Assembly (NCBI RefSeq): GCF_054902295.1
Contig: NZ_CM142761.1
DNA length: 32,000 nucleotides
Strand: one strand, 5' to 3'
Shown here in pieces: positions 1-11,533 of the stretch. Position 1 is the stretch's first letter; every line of letters begins with the position of its first letter. The position numbers were made by a program, and so were the translations under genes. A model generated the notes under the pieces. It did no database searches. It worked only from the letters and a program-made list of their open reading frames with translations, and was not told the DNA's origin.

Positions 1-2
1 CC

Positions 3-281
3 GACGCCCACGAAGAGTATCAGCGTCGGCATAACCCCATCTGGCCGGAACTGGAAGCAGTGTTGAAATCTCACGGTGCGCATAACTACGCCATTTACCT
101 CGACAAAGCGCGTAATCTGCTGTTTGCCACGGTAGAGATTGAATCTGAAGAACGGTGGAATGCGGTAGCCAGTACTGATGTTTGCCAACGTTGGTGGAAA
201 TATATGACCGATGTTATGCCCGCTAACCCGGATAACAGCCCGGTGAGTAGCGAGCTGCAAGAAGTGTTTTACCTGCCGTAA
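3..281 (+). CDS. rhaM: L-rhamnose mutarotase, 5' truncated by window edge
   Basis: Open frame from base 3 ([42 protein letters not shown]...EVFYLP) is recognisable RhaM; stop TAA at 279-281. Confidence 0.95.
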
Positions 282-290
282 TTGCCCAAT

Positions 291-312
291 GTGCCGGAGA
301 TGCCTCCGGCAC
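291..312 (+). terminator. Stem-loop downstream of rhaM (GTGCCGGA-GATGCC-TCCGGCAC)
   Basis: 8-bp perfect inverted repeat 10 nt after the rhaM stop, followed by AT-rich sequence. Confidence 0.5.
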
Positions 313-581
313 AATATTTTAAATTTCGATTTGAAAAATTAAACATATTACATCTCCCGGTAAGTTATATTTCCCTGATACATTGTGAGTAAATCACAAA
401 AATAATGAATAACCCATTAATGATTCATGTGGTTTATTTAAATAACCATTATGTGCATTACTCCGCAAATCTGACCTTTCACTCTGTCTCAAATTGTCAT
501 TGTTTACCGACATATCGCCTCTCATCACTTAATCGCTCCACCATTACAATTGATTAAAATATATTTTATGGAGTCCGATTA

Positions 582-1028
582 ATGGCAGCTCTTACTGCAA
601 GCTGTATTGACCTGAATATTCAGGGCAATGGCGCTTATTCCGTTCTGAAGCAGTTGGCGACAATAGCGTTACAAAACGGTTTTATCACCGACTCACACCA
701 GTTCCTGCAAACCCTGCTGCTGCGCGAAAAAATGCACTCTACTGGATTTGGTTCCGGTGTCGCCGTGCCGCACGGTAAAAGCGCCTGCGTTAAACAACCG
801 TTCGTATTATTCGCCCGCAAAGCGCAGGCTATTGACTGGAAAGCCAGCGATGGCGAAGACGTCAATTGCTGGATCTGCCTCGGCGTGCCGCAAAGCGGCG
901 AAGAGGATCAGGTCAAAATCATCGGCACACTGTGTCGCAAAATTATCCACCAGGATTTTATTCATCAACTGCAACAGGGCGACGCCGACCAGGTGCTTGC
1001 CTTGTTAAATCAAACCCTCAGCTCATAA
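582..1028 (+). CDS. frvA: PTS fructose-like EIIA component
   Basis: 148-aa ORF; EIIA-like active-site context GVAVPHGK; recognised FrvA, first gene of the frv operon. Confidence 0.93.
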   Translation: MAALTASCIDLNIQGNGAYSVLKQLATIALQNGFITDSHQFLQTLLLREKMHSTGFGSGVAVPHGKSACVKQPFVLFARKAQAIDWKASDGEDVNCWICLGVPQSGEEDQVKIIGTLCRKIIHQDFIHQLQQGDADQVLALLNQTLSS

Positions 1029-1038
1029 GGAAGTGGCG

Positions 1039-2490
1039 ATGGAGTCATCCTTACGTATTGTCGCGATCACCAACTGCCCCGCCGGGATCGCTCACACCTA
1101 CATGGTGGCGGAAGCCCTGGAACAGAAAGCCCGTTCTCTCGGCCATACCATAAAAGTGGAAACTCAAGGGTCCAGTGGCGTTGAAAACCGCTTATCCAGC
1201 GAAGAGATTGCCGCTGCCGATTACGTCATTCTCGCTACCGGGCGTGGCCTGAGCGGTGATGATCGCGCGCGGTTTGCCGGGAAGAAAGTTTATGAGATTG
1301 CCATCTCCCAGGCGTTGAAAAATATCGACCAGATTTTCAGCGAATTACCGACAAACTCGCAGCTTTTTGCCGCAGATAGCGGCGTGAAGCTTGGCAAACA
1401 GGAAGTGCAAAGCGGCAGCGTGATGAGCCACCTGATGGCGGGCGTCTCTGCGGCGCTGCCGTTTGTCATCGGCGGTGGTATCCTGGTGGCGCTTGCCAAC
1501 ATGCTGGTGCAGTTCGGTTTGCCGTATACCGATATGTCGAAAGGCGCGCCGTCGTTTACCTGGGTAGTTGAATCCATCGGTTACCTTGGCTTCACCTTTA
1601 TGATCCCCATCATGGGCGCTTATATTGCCTCGTCGATTGCCGATAAACCGGCTTTCGCTCCGGCGTTTCTGGTTTGCTATCTGGCGAACGACAAAGCGCT
1701 GCTCGGCACCCAGTCGGGTGCGGGATTCCTCGGCGCGGTGGTGCTGGGGCTGGCGATTGGCTATTTCGTCTTCTGGTTCCGCAAAGTGCGCCTTGGCAAA
1801 GCATTACAACCGCTGCTCGGTTCAATGCTGATCCCGTTCGTTACTCTGCTGGTTTTCGGCGTGCTCACTTACTACGTTATCGGGCCGGTGATGTCCGACC
1901 TCATGGGCGGGCTGCTCCACTTCCTGAATACCATTCCTCCATCAATGAAGTTTGCGGCAGCGTTTCTGGTCGGTGCGATGCTGGCGTTCGATATGGGCGG
2001 CCCCATCAATAAAACCGCCTGGTTCTTCTGCTTCTCACTGCTGGAAAAACACATTTATGACTGGTACGCCATCGTCGGCGTTGTCGCGTTGATGCCGCCC
2101 GTTGCGGCGGGTCTTGCGACGTTCATTGCGCCCAAACTGTTTACCCGACAGGAAAAAGAGGCTGCCAGTAGTGCCATTGTGGTCGGTGCCACAGTCGCAA
2201 CCGAACCTGCTATTCCTTACGCTCTGGCAGCTCCGTTACCGATGATTACCGCCAATACGCTGGCGGGCGGTATTACCGGCGTGCTGGTGATCGCTTTCGG
2301 AATCAAACGTCTGGCACCTGGTTTGGGTATCTTTGACCCGCTGATCGGCCTGATGTCGCCGGTAGGTTCGTTTTATCTGGTGCTGGCGATTGGCCTCGCG
2401 CTAAACATTTCATTCATTATCGTCCTGAAAGGATTGTGGTTACGCCGCAAAGCGAAAGCCGCGCAACAGGAGCTTGTCCATGAACATTGA
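1039..2490 (+). CDS. frvB: PTS fructose-like EIIBC component
   Basis: IIB motif ITNCPAGIAHTYMVAEALE and multiple membrane segments. ATG at 1039 gives 483 aa; the track uses an upstream GTG at 1033. Confidence 0.93.
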   Translation: MESSLRIVAITNCPAGIAHTYMVAEALEQKARSLGHTIKVETQGSSGVENRLSSEEIAAADYVILATGRGLSGDDRARFAGKKVYEIAISQALKNIDQIFSELPTNSQLFAADSGVKLGKQEVQSGSVMSHLMAGVSAALPFVIGGGILVALANMLVQFGLPYTDMSKGAPSFTWVVESIGYLGFTFMIPIMGAYIASSIADKPAFAPAFLVCYLANDKALLGTQSGAGFLGAVVLGLAIGYFVFWFRKVRLGKALQPLLGSMLIPFVTLLVFGVLTYYVIGPVMSDLMGGLLHFLNTIPPSMKFAAAFLVGAMLAFDMGGPINKTAWFFCFSLLEKHIYDWYAIVGVVALMPPVAAGLATFIAPKLFTRQEKEAASSAIVVGATVATEPAIPYALAAPLPMITANTLAGGITGVLVIAFGIKRLAPGLGIFDPLIGLMSPVGSFYLVLAIGLALNISFIIVLKGLWLRRKAKAAQQELVHEH

Positions 2491-3550
2491 GTTACTGCAA
2501 CAGTTGTGCGAAGCCAGCGCCGTCAGCGGCGATGAACAGGAAGTTCGCGACATCCTGATAAACACGCTGGAACCTTGCGTTAATGAAATCACCTTTGATG
2601 GTCTGGGCAGCTTTGTTGCCCGTAAGGGGAATAAAGGTCCAAAAGTTGCCGTTGTCGGGCATATGGATGAAGTCGGCTTTATGGTCACCCACATCGACGA
2701 GAGCGGTTTTCTGCGCTTCACCACCATTGGCGGCTGGTGGAATCAGTCGATGCTCAACCACCGGGTAACCATACGCACACACAAGGGATTTAAAATCCCT
2801 GGTGTGATTGGTTCCGTCGCGCCTCATGCGTTAACGGAAAAGCAAAAGCAACAACCGCTGTCATTTGATGAGATGTTCATTGATATTGGCGCGAACAGTC
2901 GCGAAGAAGCGGAAAAGCGCGGCGTTGAAATTGGCGATTTTATTAGCCCGGAAGCCAATTTTGCCTGCTGGGGCGAAGATAAAGTAGTCGGAAAGGCGCT
3001 GGATAACCGCATCGGCTGCGCGATGATGGCGGAGCTACTACAGACAGTAAATAACCCAGAAATTACGCTGTACGGCGTTGGCAGTGTGGAAGAAGAAGTT
3101 GGGCTACGCGGGGCACAAACCTCGGCGGAACACATTAAACCGGATGTGGTGATTGTGCTGGATACCGCTGTCGCAGGTGATGTTCCGGGCATTGATAACA
3201 TTAAATACCCGCTGAAACTGGGCCAGGGGCCGGGGCTGATGCTGTTTGACAAGCGCTACTTCCCCAACCAGAAACTGGTAGCAGTGTTAAAAAACTGTGC
3301 CGCACATAACGATTTACCGCTGCAATTTTCCACCATGAAAACCGGAGCGACGGATGGCGGGCGCTACAACGTGATGGGCGGCGGGCGTCCGGTTGTCGCG
3401 CTGTGTCTGCCAACTCGTTATCTGCACGCTAACAGCGGCATGATTTCAAAAGCCGATTACGATGCTCTGCTCACGCTGATACGGGATTTTCTGACGACCT
3501 TAACTGCGGAGAAAGTCAACGCGTTTAGCCAGTTCCGTCAGGTGGATTAA
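2480..3550 (+). CDS. frvX: M42-family metallopeptidase-like protein
   Basis: M42 features (VVGHMDEVGFMV, ALDNRIGC, GSVEEEVGLRGA). ATG at 2480 gives 356 aa and overlaps the frvB end. Confidence 0.93.
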   Translation: MNIELLQQLCEASAVSGDEQEVRDILINTLEPCVNEITFDGLGSFVARKGNKGPKVAVVGHMDEVGFMVTHIDESGFLRFTTIGGWWNQSMLNHRVTIRTHKGFKIPGVIGSVAPHALTEKQKQQPLSFDEMFIDIGANSREEAEKRGVEIGDFISPEANFACWGEDKVVGKALDNRIGCAMMAELLQTVNNPEITLYGVGSVEEEVGLRGAQTSAEHIKPDVVIVLDTAVAGDVPGIDNIKYPLKLGQGPGLMLFDKRYFPNQKLVAVLKNCAAHNDLPLQFSTMKTGATDGGRYNVMGGGRPVVALCLPTRYLHANSGMISKADYDALLTLIRDFLTTLTAEKVNAFSQFRQVD

Positions 3551-5298
3551 TGCTAAACGAACGCCAGTTAAAGATTGTCGATCTGCTGGAGCAACAGCCG
3601 CGCACGCCTGGAGAGCTGGCGCAACAGACTGGCGTTTCAGGCAGGACCATCCTGCGTGATATTGACTATCTCAACTTCACCCTTAACGGCAAAGCCCGCA
3701 TTTTCGCCAGTGGTAGTGCGGGCTATCAGCTGGAAATCTTCGAGCGCCGCAGCTTTTTTCAGTTGCTGCAAAAGCACGATAACGACGATCGGCTGCTGGC
3801 GCTATTATTACTAAATACCTTTACTCCCCGTGCGCAACTCGCCTCGGCGCTTAATTTGCCAGAAACGTGGGTAGCAGAACGTCTGCCCCGGTTAAAACAG
3901 CGTTATGAACGCACTTGTTGCCTGGCCAGTCGCCCCGGTTTGGGCCATTTCATTGATGAAACAGAAGAGAAGCGCGTTATCTTGCTGGCGAACTTGCTAC
4001 GCAAAGATCCGTTTTTAATTCCGCTGGCGGGCATAACACGAGACAACCTTCAGCATTTATCCACGGCCTGCGACAACCAACACCGCTGGCCGCTGATGCA
4101 GGGTGATTATCTCTCCAGCCTGATTCTGGCGATTTACGCCCTGCGTAATCAGCTTACTGACATATGGCCGCAATATCCCGGTAACGAGATAAAACAAATC
4201 GTTGAACAGTGCGGCCTGTTTCTCGGTGATAACGCTGTAAGAACCCTGACGGGTTTGATAGAGAAACAGCATCAGCAAGCGCAGGTAATTTCAGCCGATC
4301 ATGTGCTGGGGTTGCTGCAAAGGGTGCCAGGCATCGCGTCATTGAATATTATTGATACGCAGTTGGTTGAGAATATTACCGGGCATTTATTACGTTGCCT
4401 TGCCGCACCGGTGTGGATTGCTGAGCACCGCCAAAGCAGCATGAATAACCTGAAAGCCGCCTGGCCTGCGGCCTTTGATATGAGTCTGCACTTTATTACG
4501 CTACTGCGTGAACAGCTCGATATTCCCCTTTTCGACAGCGATCTGATCGGTTTGTATTTTGCCTGTGCGCTGGAACGGCATCAAAACGAACGCCAGCCGA
4601 TCATTTTGCTCTCGGACCAGAACGCGATTGCCACTATTAATCAGCTCGCCATTGAGCGCGATGTTTTAAATTGTCGGGTAATTATTGCCCGTAGCTTAAG
4701 CGAACTTGTTGCCATTCGCGAAGAGATTGAGCCGTTATTGATCATTAACAATAGCCATTATTTACTGGAAGACGCGGTAAATAATTACATCACCGTAAAA
4801 AATATCATTACGGCTGCCGGTATCGAACAAATAAAACATTTTCTGGCGACGGCATTTATTCGCCAGCAACCGGAGCGTTTTTTCTCTGCCCCCGGAAGTT
4901 TTCATTATTCGAATGTACGCGGTGAAAGCTGGCAACATATTACCCGGCAAATTTGTGCGCAATTAGTGGCACAACACCATATTACCGCCGATGAAGCACA
5001 ACGCATCATCGCCCGCGAAGGCGAAGGTGAAAACCTGATTGTTAATCGCCTCGCCATCCCACATTGCTGGAGCGAACAGGAGCGACGTTTTCGTGGATTT
5101 TTTATTACCCTCGCCCACCCGATCGAGGTGAATAACGAAATCATTAACCATGTGTTGATTGCCTGCGCCGCCGCCGATGCACGTCATGAGCTAAAAATAT
5201 TTAGCTATCTGGCAAGCGTATTGTGTCAGCATCCGGCAGAGGTTATTGCCGGGTTAACAGGATATGAGGCATTTATGGAGTTACTTCACAAGGGGTGA
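3550..5298 (+). CDS. frvR: Putative frv operon regulator with HTH, PRD and EIIA-like domains
   Basis: 582-aa ORF beginning at the TAATG overlap with frvX; N-terminal HTH (QRTPGELAQQTGVSGRTILRDIDYLN in type), BglG/MtlR-like architecture. Confidence 0.92.
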   Translation: MLNERQLKIVDLLEQQPRTPGELAQQTGVSGRTILRDIDYLNFTLNGKARIFASGSAGYQLEIFERRSFFQLLQKHDNDDRLLALLLLNTFTPRAQLASALNLPETWVAERLPRLKQRYERTCCLASRPGLGHFIDETEEKRVILLANLLRKDPFLIPLAGITRDNLQHLSTACDNQHRWPLMQGDYLSSLILAIYALRNQLTDIWPQYPGNEIKQIVEQCGLFLGDNAVRTLTGLIEKQHQQAQVISADHVLGLLQRVPGIASLNIIDTQLVENITGHLLRCLAAPVWIAEHRQSSMNNLKAAWPAAFDMSLHFITLLREQLDIPLFDSDLIGLYFACALERHQNERQPIILLSDQNAIATINQLAIERDVLNCRVIIARSLSELVAIREEIEPLLIINNSHYLLEDAVNNYITVKNIITAAGIEQIKHFLATAFIRQQPERFFSAPGSFHYSNVRGESWQHITRQICAQLVAQHHITADEAQRIIAREGEGENLIVNRLAIPHCWSEQERRFRGFFITLAHPIEVNNEIINHVLIACAAADARHELKIFSYLASVLCQHPAEVIAGLTGYEAFMELLHKG

Positions 5299-5301
5299 AC
5301 T

Positions 5302-5326
5302 GTGTCGGATGCGCCGCATCCGACAC
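5302..5326. repeat. REP-like palindrome GTGTCGGATGCG-C-CGCATCCGACAC between convergent frvR and yiiG
   Basis: 12-bp near-perfect inverted repeat with REP-like core between convergent genes; may act as a bidirectional terminator or REP element. Confidence 0.6.
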
Positions 5327-5347
5327 TGCATTTATCATCAAAAACGT

Positions 5348-6388
5348 TTAACGCAGGCTATTATAGTCATCAACCATTTCGTTGTACTCGCGTAATGCTC
5401 TCGGGAAAGAGTCGTCGACCATCCAGCTTGAGTTTGCGTCCTGCAGTTGCTCTTTATCCCAGTCAGAGTACGGGACTTTATCTCTGATGCGGCGAACGTA
5501 TTTTTTAGCCTCGAGTTGATACTGGCCTGCCGAATTAATAAACGAGAAATTCATGCCGCCTTTATCCGCTTCTTTGGCCTGCGCCACTAGCGTTTCCAGT
5601 TCAGACACTTTCTTCATTGCCGCATCAACATCAAACTTCTCTTGCGATATCAGATTATTAATTTGTTTCGCTGAAATCATGACTGCCAGAGAGTAGTAGT
5701 GGAATGTTTTCCCTTCTCTTTCTTCAATATTTTTCAGTTCCGCAAGCTGGCGCTTATCGTTAATTTCCTGAATCGCCGCATGATAAGATTCTGCTACAGC
5801 TTCAAAGGCTTCCAGATTTTTTAAGAATGTCTGGTGCAGCGTTTTCCCTTTCGCAAACGCATCGTCTTTATAATTTTCCTGGGTGTAATATTTATCCATT
5901 TCGTTAATGGTATTACCCAACGCCACGGCAGCATCGATATAACTCACCGCCACGCCATCAATAGGTTGCAGCGCAGGCGTTAACGCCACAGCACTTTTTA
6001 CGCCTTTTTCACACTCAGCGAGGTTGGATTCACTAATGCCGTAGATGCCATAAACAGTACGCTCTTCACCGGTAGGCCCCTGTTTAAAATCTTTCAGCCA
6101 GTCAGCATAACGCGCCAGACTGCTCTGTACAGGGATCTGTAACTTGTTATAGCACTTGATATAGACATCCATTTTTTCGTCGAAAACCGCTTGTTCATCG
6201 ACCACCGGTTGCGCAGGTGTTTCAGGTTTAGCTTCTGCTTTTGCAACGGGAGCTTCAGGAGCTGGTGCGGCAGGTTGACTATTGGCAGGCGGGGGCGTTT
6301 CTGTTTCGGCTTTTTTATCATCACAACCCGTCAGACCGAGGGCCATGATGGCGACTATAATAGCGGAAGATAATAAATTCCTTTTCAT
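5348..6388 (-). CDS. yiiG: DUF3829-type lipoprotein
   Basis: 346 aa; signal peptide with lipobox ALGLTGC; recognised YiiG. Confidence 0.9.
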   Translation of the reverse strand: MKRNLLSSAIIVAIMALGLTGCDDKKAETETPPPANSQPAAPAPEAPVAKAEAKPETPAQPVVDEQAVFDEKMDVYIKCYNKLQIPVQSSLARYADWLKDFKQGPTGEERTVYGIYGISESNLAECEKGVKSAVALTPALQPIDGVAVSYIDAAVALGNTINEMDKYYTQENYKDDAFAKGKTLHQTFLKNLEAFEAVAESYHAAIQEINDKRQLAELKNIEEREGKTFHYYSLAVMISAKQINNLISQEKFDVDAAMKKVSELETLVAQAKEADKGGMNFSFINSAGQYQLEAKKYVRRIRDKVPYSDWDKEQLQDANSSWMVDDSFPRALREYNEMVDDYNSLR

Positions 6389-6540
6389 TTAATTGCCTTA
6401 TAAATATATAGATAAGAGAGTGAACATAATAAATGAAAAAAGAAAACGCCACTACACGCGTTTTATTTATAAATAAAATAATAAAATTCACGAAATGAAT
6501 AAGTCCTGCAATTTAATATATATCGCAGGACTTATTTTAA

Positions 6541-7374
6541 TTAATTGCTCAAACGCTGCGGATGGGTATAAACCGTTGCCCGACCCGGCTTACAAAAACC
6601 CACCAGCGTCAGATTACAACGCTCAGCCACTTCTACAGCAAGCGTGGTCGCGGCAGACACCGCAAACAAAATCTCTACGCCGCACATCGCCGACTTTTGC
6701 ACCATTTCATAACTGGCACGACTGGAAACCAGTACCGCACCTTGCTGCCAGCTTTCCCCTTCTTGTGACCGGCGGCCTAACAGTTTGTCCAGCGCCACAT
6801 GGCGACCCACGTCTTCATGCCCGCCGACCAGTTCGCCAGATGGCAACATCCAGGCAGCGGCGTGAGTACAACCAGTCAGTTGCCCCACTGGCTGAAAATC
6901 GTTGAGATGACGTAATGCATCATCCAGTTTGTTGAGATCAAACGTCTGGGTGAACGGTAGCGGCTGCACCGGTTTTCCGATGTCATTAAGTTGCTCCACG
7001 CCGCATACGCCACAGCCCGTACGTCCCGCCAGCGCCCGGCGGCGCTCCTTCAACCCCATAAAGCGGCGGCTGGAAAGCTCAATTTGTACTTCAAGACCAT
7101 TACAGGAAGGAACGACATCCATGCCGAAGATATCGCGCGGACTTTCTATTATCCCCTCGGAAAGCGAAAAACCGAGCGCAAAGTACTCAAGGTCTTTGGG
7201 CGACGCCATCATCACCACATGCGAAATGCCGTTGTAGACCAGCGCAACGGGAACTTCTTCCGCGACCTCATCTAACCGTGGGTGTTGTAAATCATCACGC
7301 CGCCATAACTCAATTTGACGAACACCTGTGATATTTGTCACATTTTCGATTTCTTTTTGCTGTGTTTTTTTCAC
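6541..7374 (-). CDS. fdhD: Formate dehydrogenase accessory sulfurtransferase FdhD
   Basis: 277 aa; contains [13 protein letters not shown] (conserved CxxC); divergent from fdoG. Confidence 0.96.
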
Positions 7375-7567
7375 TTTCTCTTAACCAGATAAGAACACAC
7401 ACACCAACATTATGGTATTCTGTTACAAACCCTTCCTGGATGGAGGGAAATTGAGCCAATTCTGGACCTTTGCGGCCCCTTCCGCAAAGAAAAATAACTC
7501 CCACTCCCTGCACACGCAGCAAGCGAATGTAAATGGGACGTGACAATGTCGAAACAAGGAGCAATCC

Positions 7568-10500
7568 ATGCAGGTCAGCAGAAGGCAGTTCTTTAAGATC
7601 TGCGCTGGCGGTATGGCAGGCACCACGGCAGCGGCACTGGGTTTTGCACCCAGCGTAGCGCTCGCGGAAACCCGGCAGTATAAACTGCTGCGCACCCGCG
7701 AAACCCGTAATACCTGCACCTATTGTTCCGTAGGCTGTGGGCTGTTGATGTACAGCCTCGGTGACGGAGCAAAAAACGCCAAAGCATCTATCTTCCATAT
7801 CGAAGGCGATCCGGATCACCCGGTCAACCGCGGTGCACTTTGTCCGAAAGGCGCTGGCCTGGTGGATTTCATCCACTCCGAAAGCCGTCTGAAGTTTCCG
7901 GAATACCGTGCGCCAGGTTCTGATAAATGGCAGCAAATCAGTTGGGAAGAGGCGTTTGATCGCATCGCCAAACTGATGAAAGAAGACCGCGATGCTAACT
8001 ACATTGCGCAAAACGCCGAAGGCGTGACTGTTAACCGCTGGCTCTCCACCGGGATGCTGTGTGCTTCCGCGTCGAGTAACGAAACCGGCTATTTAACGCA
8101 AAAATTCTCCCGCGCGCTGGGTATGCTCGCGGTCGACAACCAGGCGCGTGTCTGACACGGACCAACGGTAGCAAGTCTTGCTCCAACATTTGGTCGCGGT
8201 GCGATGACCAACCACTGGGTCGACATCAAGAACGCCAACCTCGTCGTGGTGATGGGCGGTAACGCCGCTGAAGCTCACCCGGTCGGGTTCCGCTGGGCGA
8301 TGGAAGCCAAAATTCACAACGGCGCGAAGCTGATTGTGATCGATCCTCGCTTTACGCGTACGGCGGCGGTAGCTGACTACTATGCCCCTATTCGTTCCGG
8401 TACTGACATTGCTTTCCTGTCAGGCGTATTGCTGTACCTGCTGAACAATGAAAAATTCAACCGCGAATACACCGAAGCCTATACCAACGCCAGCCTGATA
8501 GTGCGTGAGGATTACGGCTTTGAAGATGGCCTGTTCACCGGCTACGACGCGGAAAAACGCAAGTACGATAAATCCTCCTGGACTTATGAACTGGACGAAA
8601 ACGGCTTCGCCAAACGCGATACCACGCTGCAACATCCGCGCTGCGTGTGGAACTTGCTGAAACAGCACGTTTCCCGCTACACGCCAGATGTGGTTGAAAA
8701 CATCTGTGGTACGCCAAAAGACGCGTTCCTGAAAGTCTGCGAATACATCGCAGAAACCAGTGCTCACGATAAAACTGCCTCGTTCCTGTATGCCCTCGGC
8801 TGGACGCAACACTCCGTTGGTGCGCAAAACATTCGTACGATGGCGATGATCCAGCTGCTGCTCGGCAATATGGGGATGGCCGGCGGCGGCGTTAACGCCC
8901 TGCGCGGTCACTCCAATATTCAGGGGCTGACGGACCTGGGGCTACTGTCGCAGAGTCTGCCAGGTTACATGACGCTGCCAAGCGAGAAGCAGACCGATCT
9001 GCAAACCTACCTTACCGCCAACACGCCAAAACCGCTGCTGGAAGGCCAGGTAAACTACTGGGGCAACTACCCGAAATTCTTCGTCTCTATGATGAAGGCC
9101 TTCTTTGGTGATAAAGCGACGGCGGAAAATAGCTGGGGCTTTGACTGGTTGCCGAAGTGGGATAAAGGCTACGACGTCCTGCAGTACTTCGAGATGATGA
9201 AAGAGGGCAAGGTCAATGGCTATATCTGCCAGGGCTTTAACCCTGTTGCCTCATTCCCGAACAAAAACAAAGTGATCGGTTGTCTGTCGAAACTGAAGTT
9301 CCTCGTCACCATCGACCCACTGAACACTGAAACCTCTAACTTCTGGCAGAACCACGGTGAGCTGAACGAAGTTGACTCGTCGAAGATCCAGACCGAAGTG
9401 TTCCGTCTGCCATCGACCTGCTTCGCAGAAGAGAACGGTTCAATCGTTAACTCAGGTCGCTGGTTGCAGTGGCACTGGAAAGGTGCGGACGCCCCGGGGA
9501 TTGCGCTGACTGATGGCGAGATCCTCTCCGGTATCTTCCTGCGCTTGCGCAAGATGTATGCCGAACAGGGTGGCGCGAACCCGGACCAGGTGCTGAACAT
9601 GACCTGGAACTACGCCATTCCGCATGAGCCGAAGTCGGAAGAAGTAGCGATGGAGAGCAACGGTAAGGCGCTGGCCGATATTACCGATCCGGCAACCGGT
9701 GCGGTTATCGTCAAGAAAGGCCAACAACTTAGCTCGTTCGCCCAATTGCGCGATGACGGTACAACCTCCTGTGGCTGCTGGATTTTCGCCGGTAGCTGGA
9801 CGCCGGAAGGCAACCAGATGGCGCGTCGTGATAACGCCGATCCGTCTGGCCTCGGTAACACGCTGGGCTGGGCATGGGCATGGCCGCTTAACCGCCGCAT
9901 TCTGTATAACCGCGCCTCCGCAGATCCGCAGGGTAACCCGTGGGATCCGAAGCGTCAGTTGCTGAAATGGGACGGCACTAAGTGGACCGGCTGGGATATT
10001 CCGGACTACAGCGCAGCGCCTCCGGGTAGCGGCGTCGGGCCGTTTATCATGCAGCAGGAAGGCATGGGGCGTCTGTTTGCCCTCGATAAGATGGCGGAAG
10101 GTCCGTTCCCGGAACACTACGAGCCGTTTGAAACGCCGCTGGGAACTAACCCGCTGCATCCAAACGTTATCTCGAACCCGGCTGCACGTATCTTTAAAGA
10201 CGACGCCGAAGCATTGGGTAAAGCCGATAAGTTCCCGTATGTCGGAACCACCTATCGTCTGACCGAGCACTTCCACTACTGGACCAAACACGCGCTGTTG
10301 AACGCGATTTTGCAACCAGAGCAGTTTGTGGAAATCGGGGAGTCGCTGGCGAATAAACTTGGCATTGCCCAGGGCGATACCGTGAAAGTCTCCTCCAACC
10401 GTGGCTATATCAAAGCCAAAGCGGTGGTGACCAAACGTATTCGTACGCTGAAAGCGAACGGCAAAGATATCGATACCATCGGTATTCCGATTCACTGGGG

Positions 10501-10618
10501 TTATGAAGGCGTAGCTAAAAAAGGCTTTATTGCCAATACGTTAACGCCATTCGTTGGTGATGCGAACACGCAGACGCCGGAGTTTAAGTCCTTCCTTGTG
10601 AATGTGGAAAAGGTGTAA
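7568..10618 (+). CDS. fdoG: Formate dehydrogenase-O major subunit, selenocysteine protein (1016 aa) read through TGA at 8153-8155
   Basis: Track splits it into 7568-8155 and 8204-10618, but both are in the same frame (636 nt apart). N-terminal Tat signal SRRQFFK; QARV-U-HGPTV context; 3051 nt total. Confidence 0.97.
8153..8195 (+). promoter_or_regulatory. Bacterial SECIS element with Sec codon TGA (8153-8155)
   Basis: Lower stem GACCAA (8160-8165)/TTGGTC (8190-8195). Upper stem GG (8167-8168)/CC (8183-8184), bulged T8169, AGCAA (8170-8174)/TTGCT (8178-8182), loop GTC. This matches the fdhF SECIS architecture (bulged U plus G/U-containing apical loop). Confidence 0.95.
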
Positions 10619-10630
10619 CGGAGACGACAT

Positions 10631-11533
10631 ATGGCTTATCAATCTCAAGATATCATTCGTCGTTCCGCGACTAACGGTCTGACCCCCGCGCCTCAGGCGC
10701 GGGACTTCCAGGAAGAAGTGGCGAAACTCATCGACGTCACCACCTGTATCGGCTGTAAAGCCTGTCAGGTGGCGTGTTCAGAGTGGAACGACATTCGCGA
10801 TACCGTCGGCAATAACATTGGGGTGTACGACAACCCCAATGATTTAAGCGCCAAATCGTGGACGGTAATGCGCTTCTCGGAAGTGGAGCAGAACGACAAA
10901 CTGGAATGGCTGATCCGCAAAGACGGCTGTATGCACTGTTCCGATCCAGGCTGCCTGAAAGCGTGCCCGGCGGAAGGTGCAATTATTCAGTATGCCAACG
11001 GTATCGTCGACTTCCAGTCCGAGCAGTGCATTGGCTGCGGTTATTGCATTGCGGGCTGTCCGTTCGACATTCCGCGCCTCAACCCGGAAGACAACCGCGT
11101 CTACAAATGTACGCTGTGCGTTGACCGCGTGGTGGTTGGGCAAGAACCAGCCTGCGTGAAGACCTGCCCAACGGGCGCGATTCACTTCGGTACGAAAGAG
11201 TCGATGAAAACGCTGGCGAGCGAGCGCGTTGCTGAGCTGAAAACCCGCGGTTACGACAATGCGGGTCTGTACGATCCGGCAGGCGTCGGTGGTACACACG
11301 TCATGTACGTGCTGCACCATGCTGACAAGCCAAATCTGTATCATGGCTTGCCGGAGAACCCGGAAATCAGCGAAACCGTGAAATTCTGGAAAGGCATCTG
11401 GAAACCGCTCGCGGCTGTTGGCTTTGCGGCTACCTTTGCGGCCAGTATCTTCCACTACGTGGGTGTCGGTCCGAACCGTGCGGATGAGGAAGAGAATAAT
11501 CTGCACGAAGAGAAAGACGAGGAGCGCAAATGA
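10631..11533 (+). CDS. fdoH: Formate dehydrogenase-O iron-sulfur subunit
   Basis: 300 aa; four 4Fe-4S cysteine clusters ([58 protein letters not shown]). Confidence 0.97.

Noticed and set aside
8093-8204. fdoG appears split into two ORFs (possible pseudogene)
   Set aside because: Same reading frame; the TGA is a Sec codon with an adjacent SECIS hairpin.
9452-10495. 347-aa ORF antisense to fdoG
   Set aside because: Long shadow ORF, typical of biased codon usage opposite a highly conserved gene.
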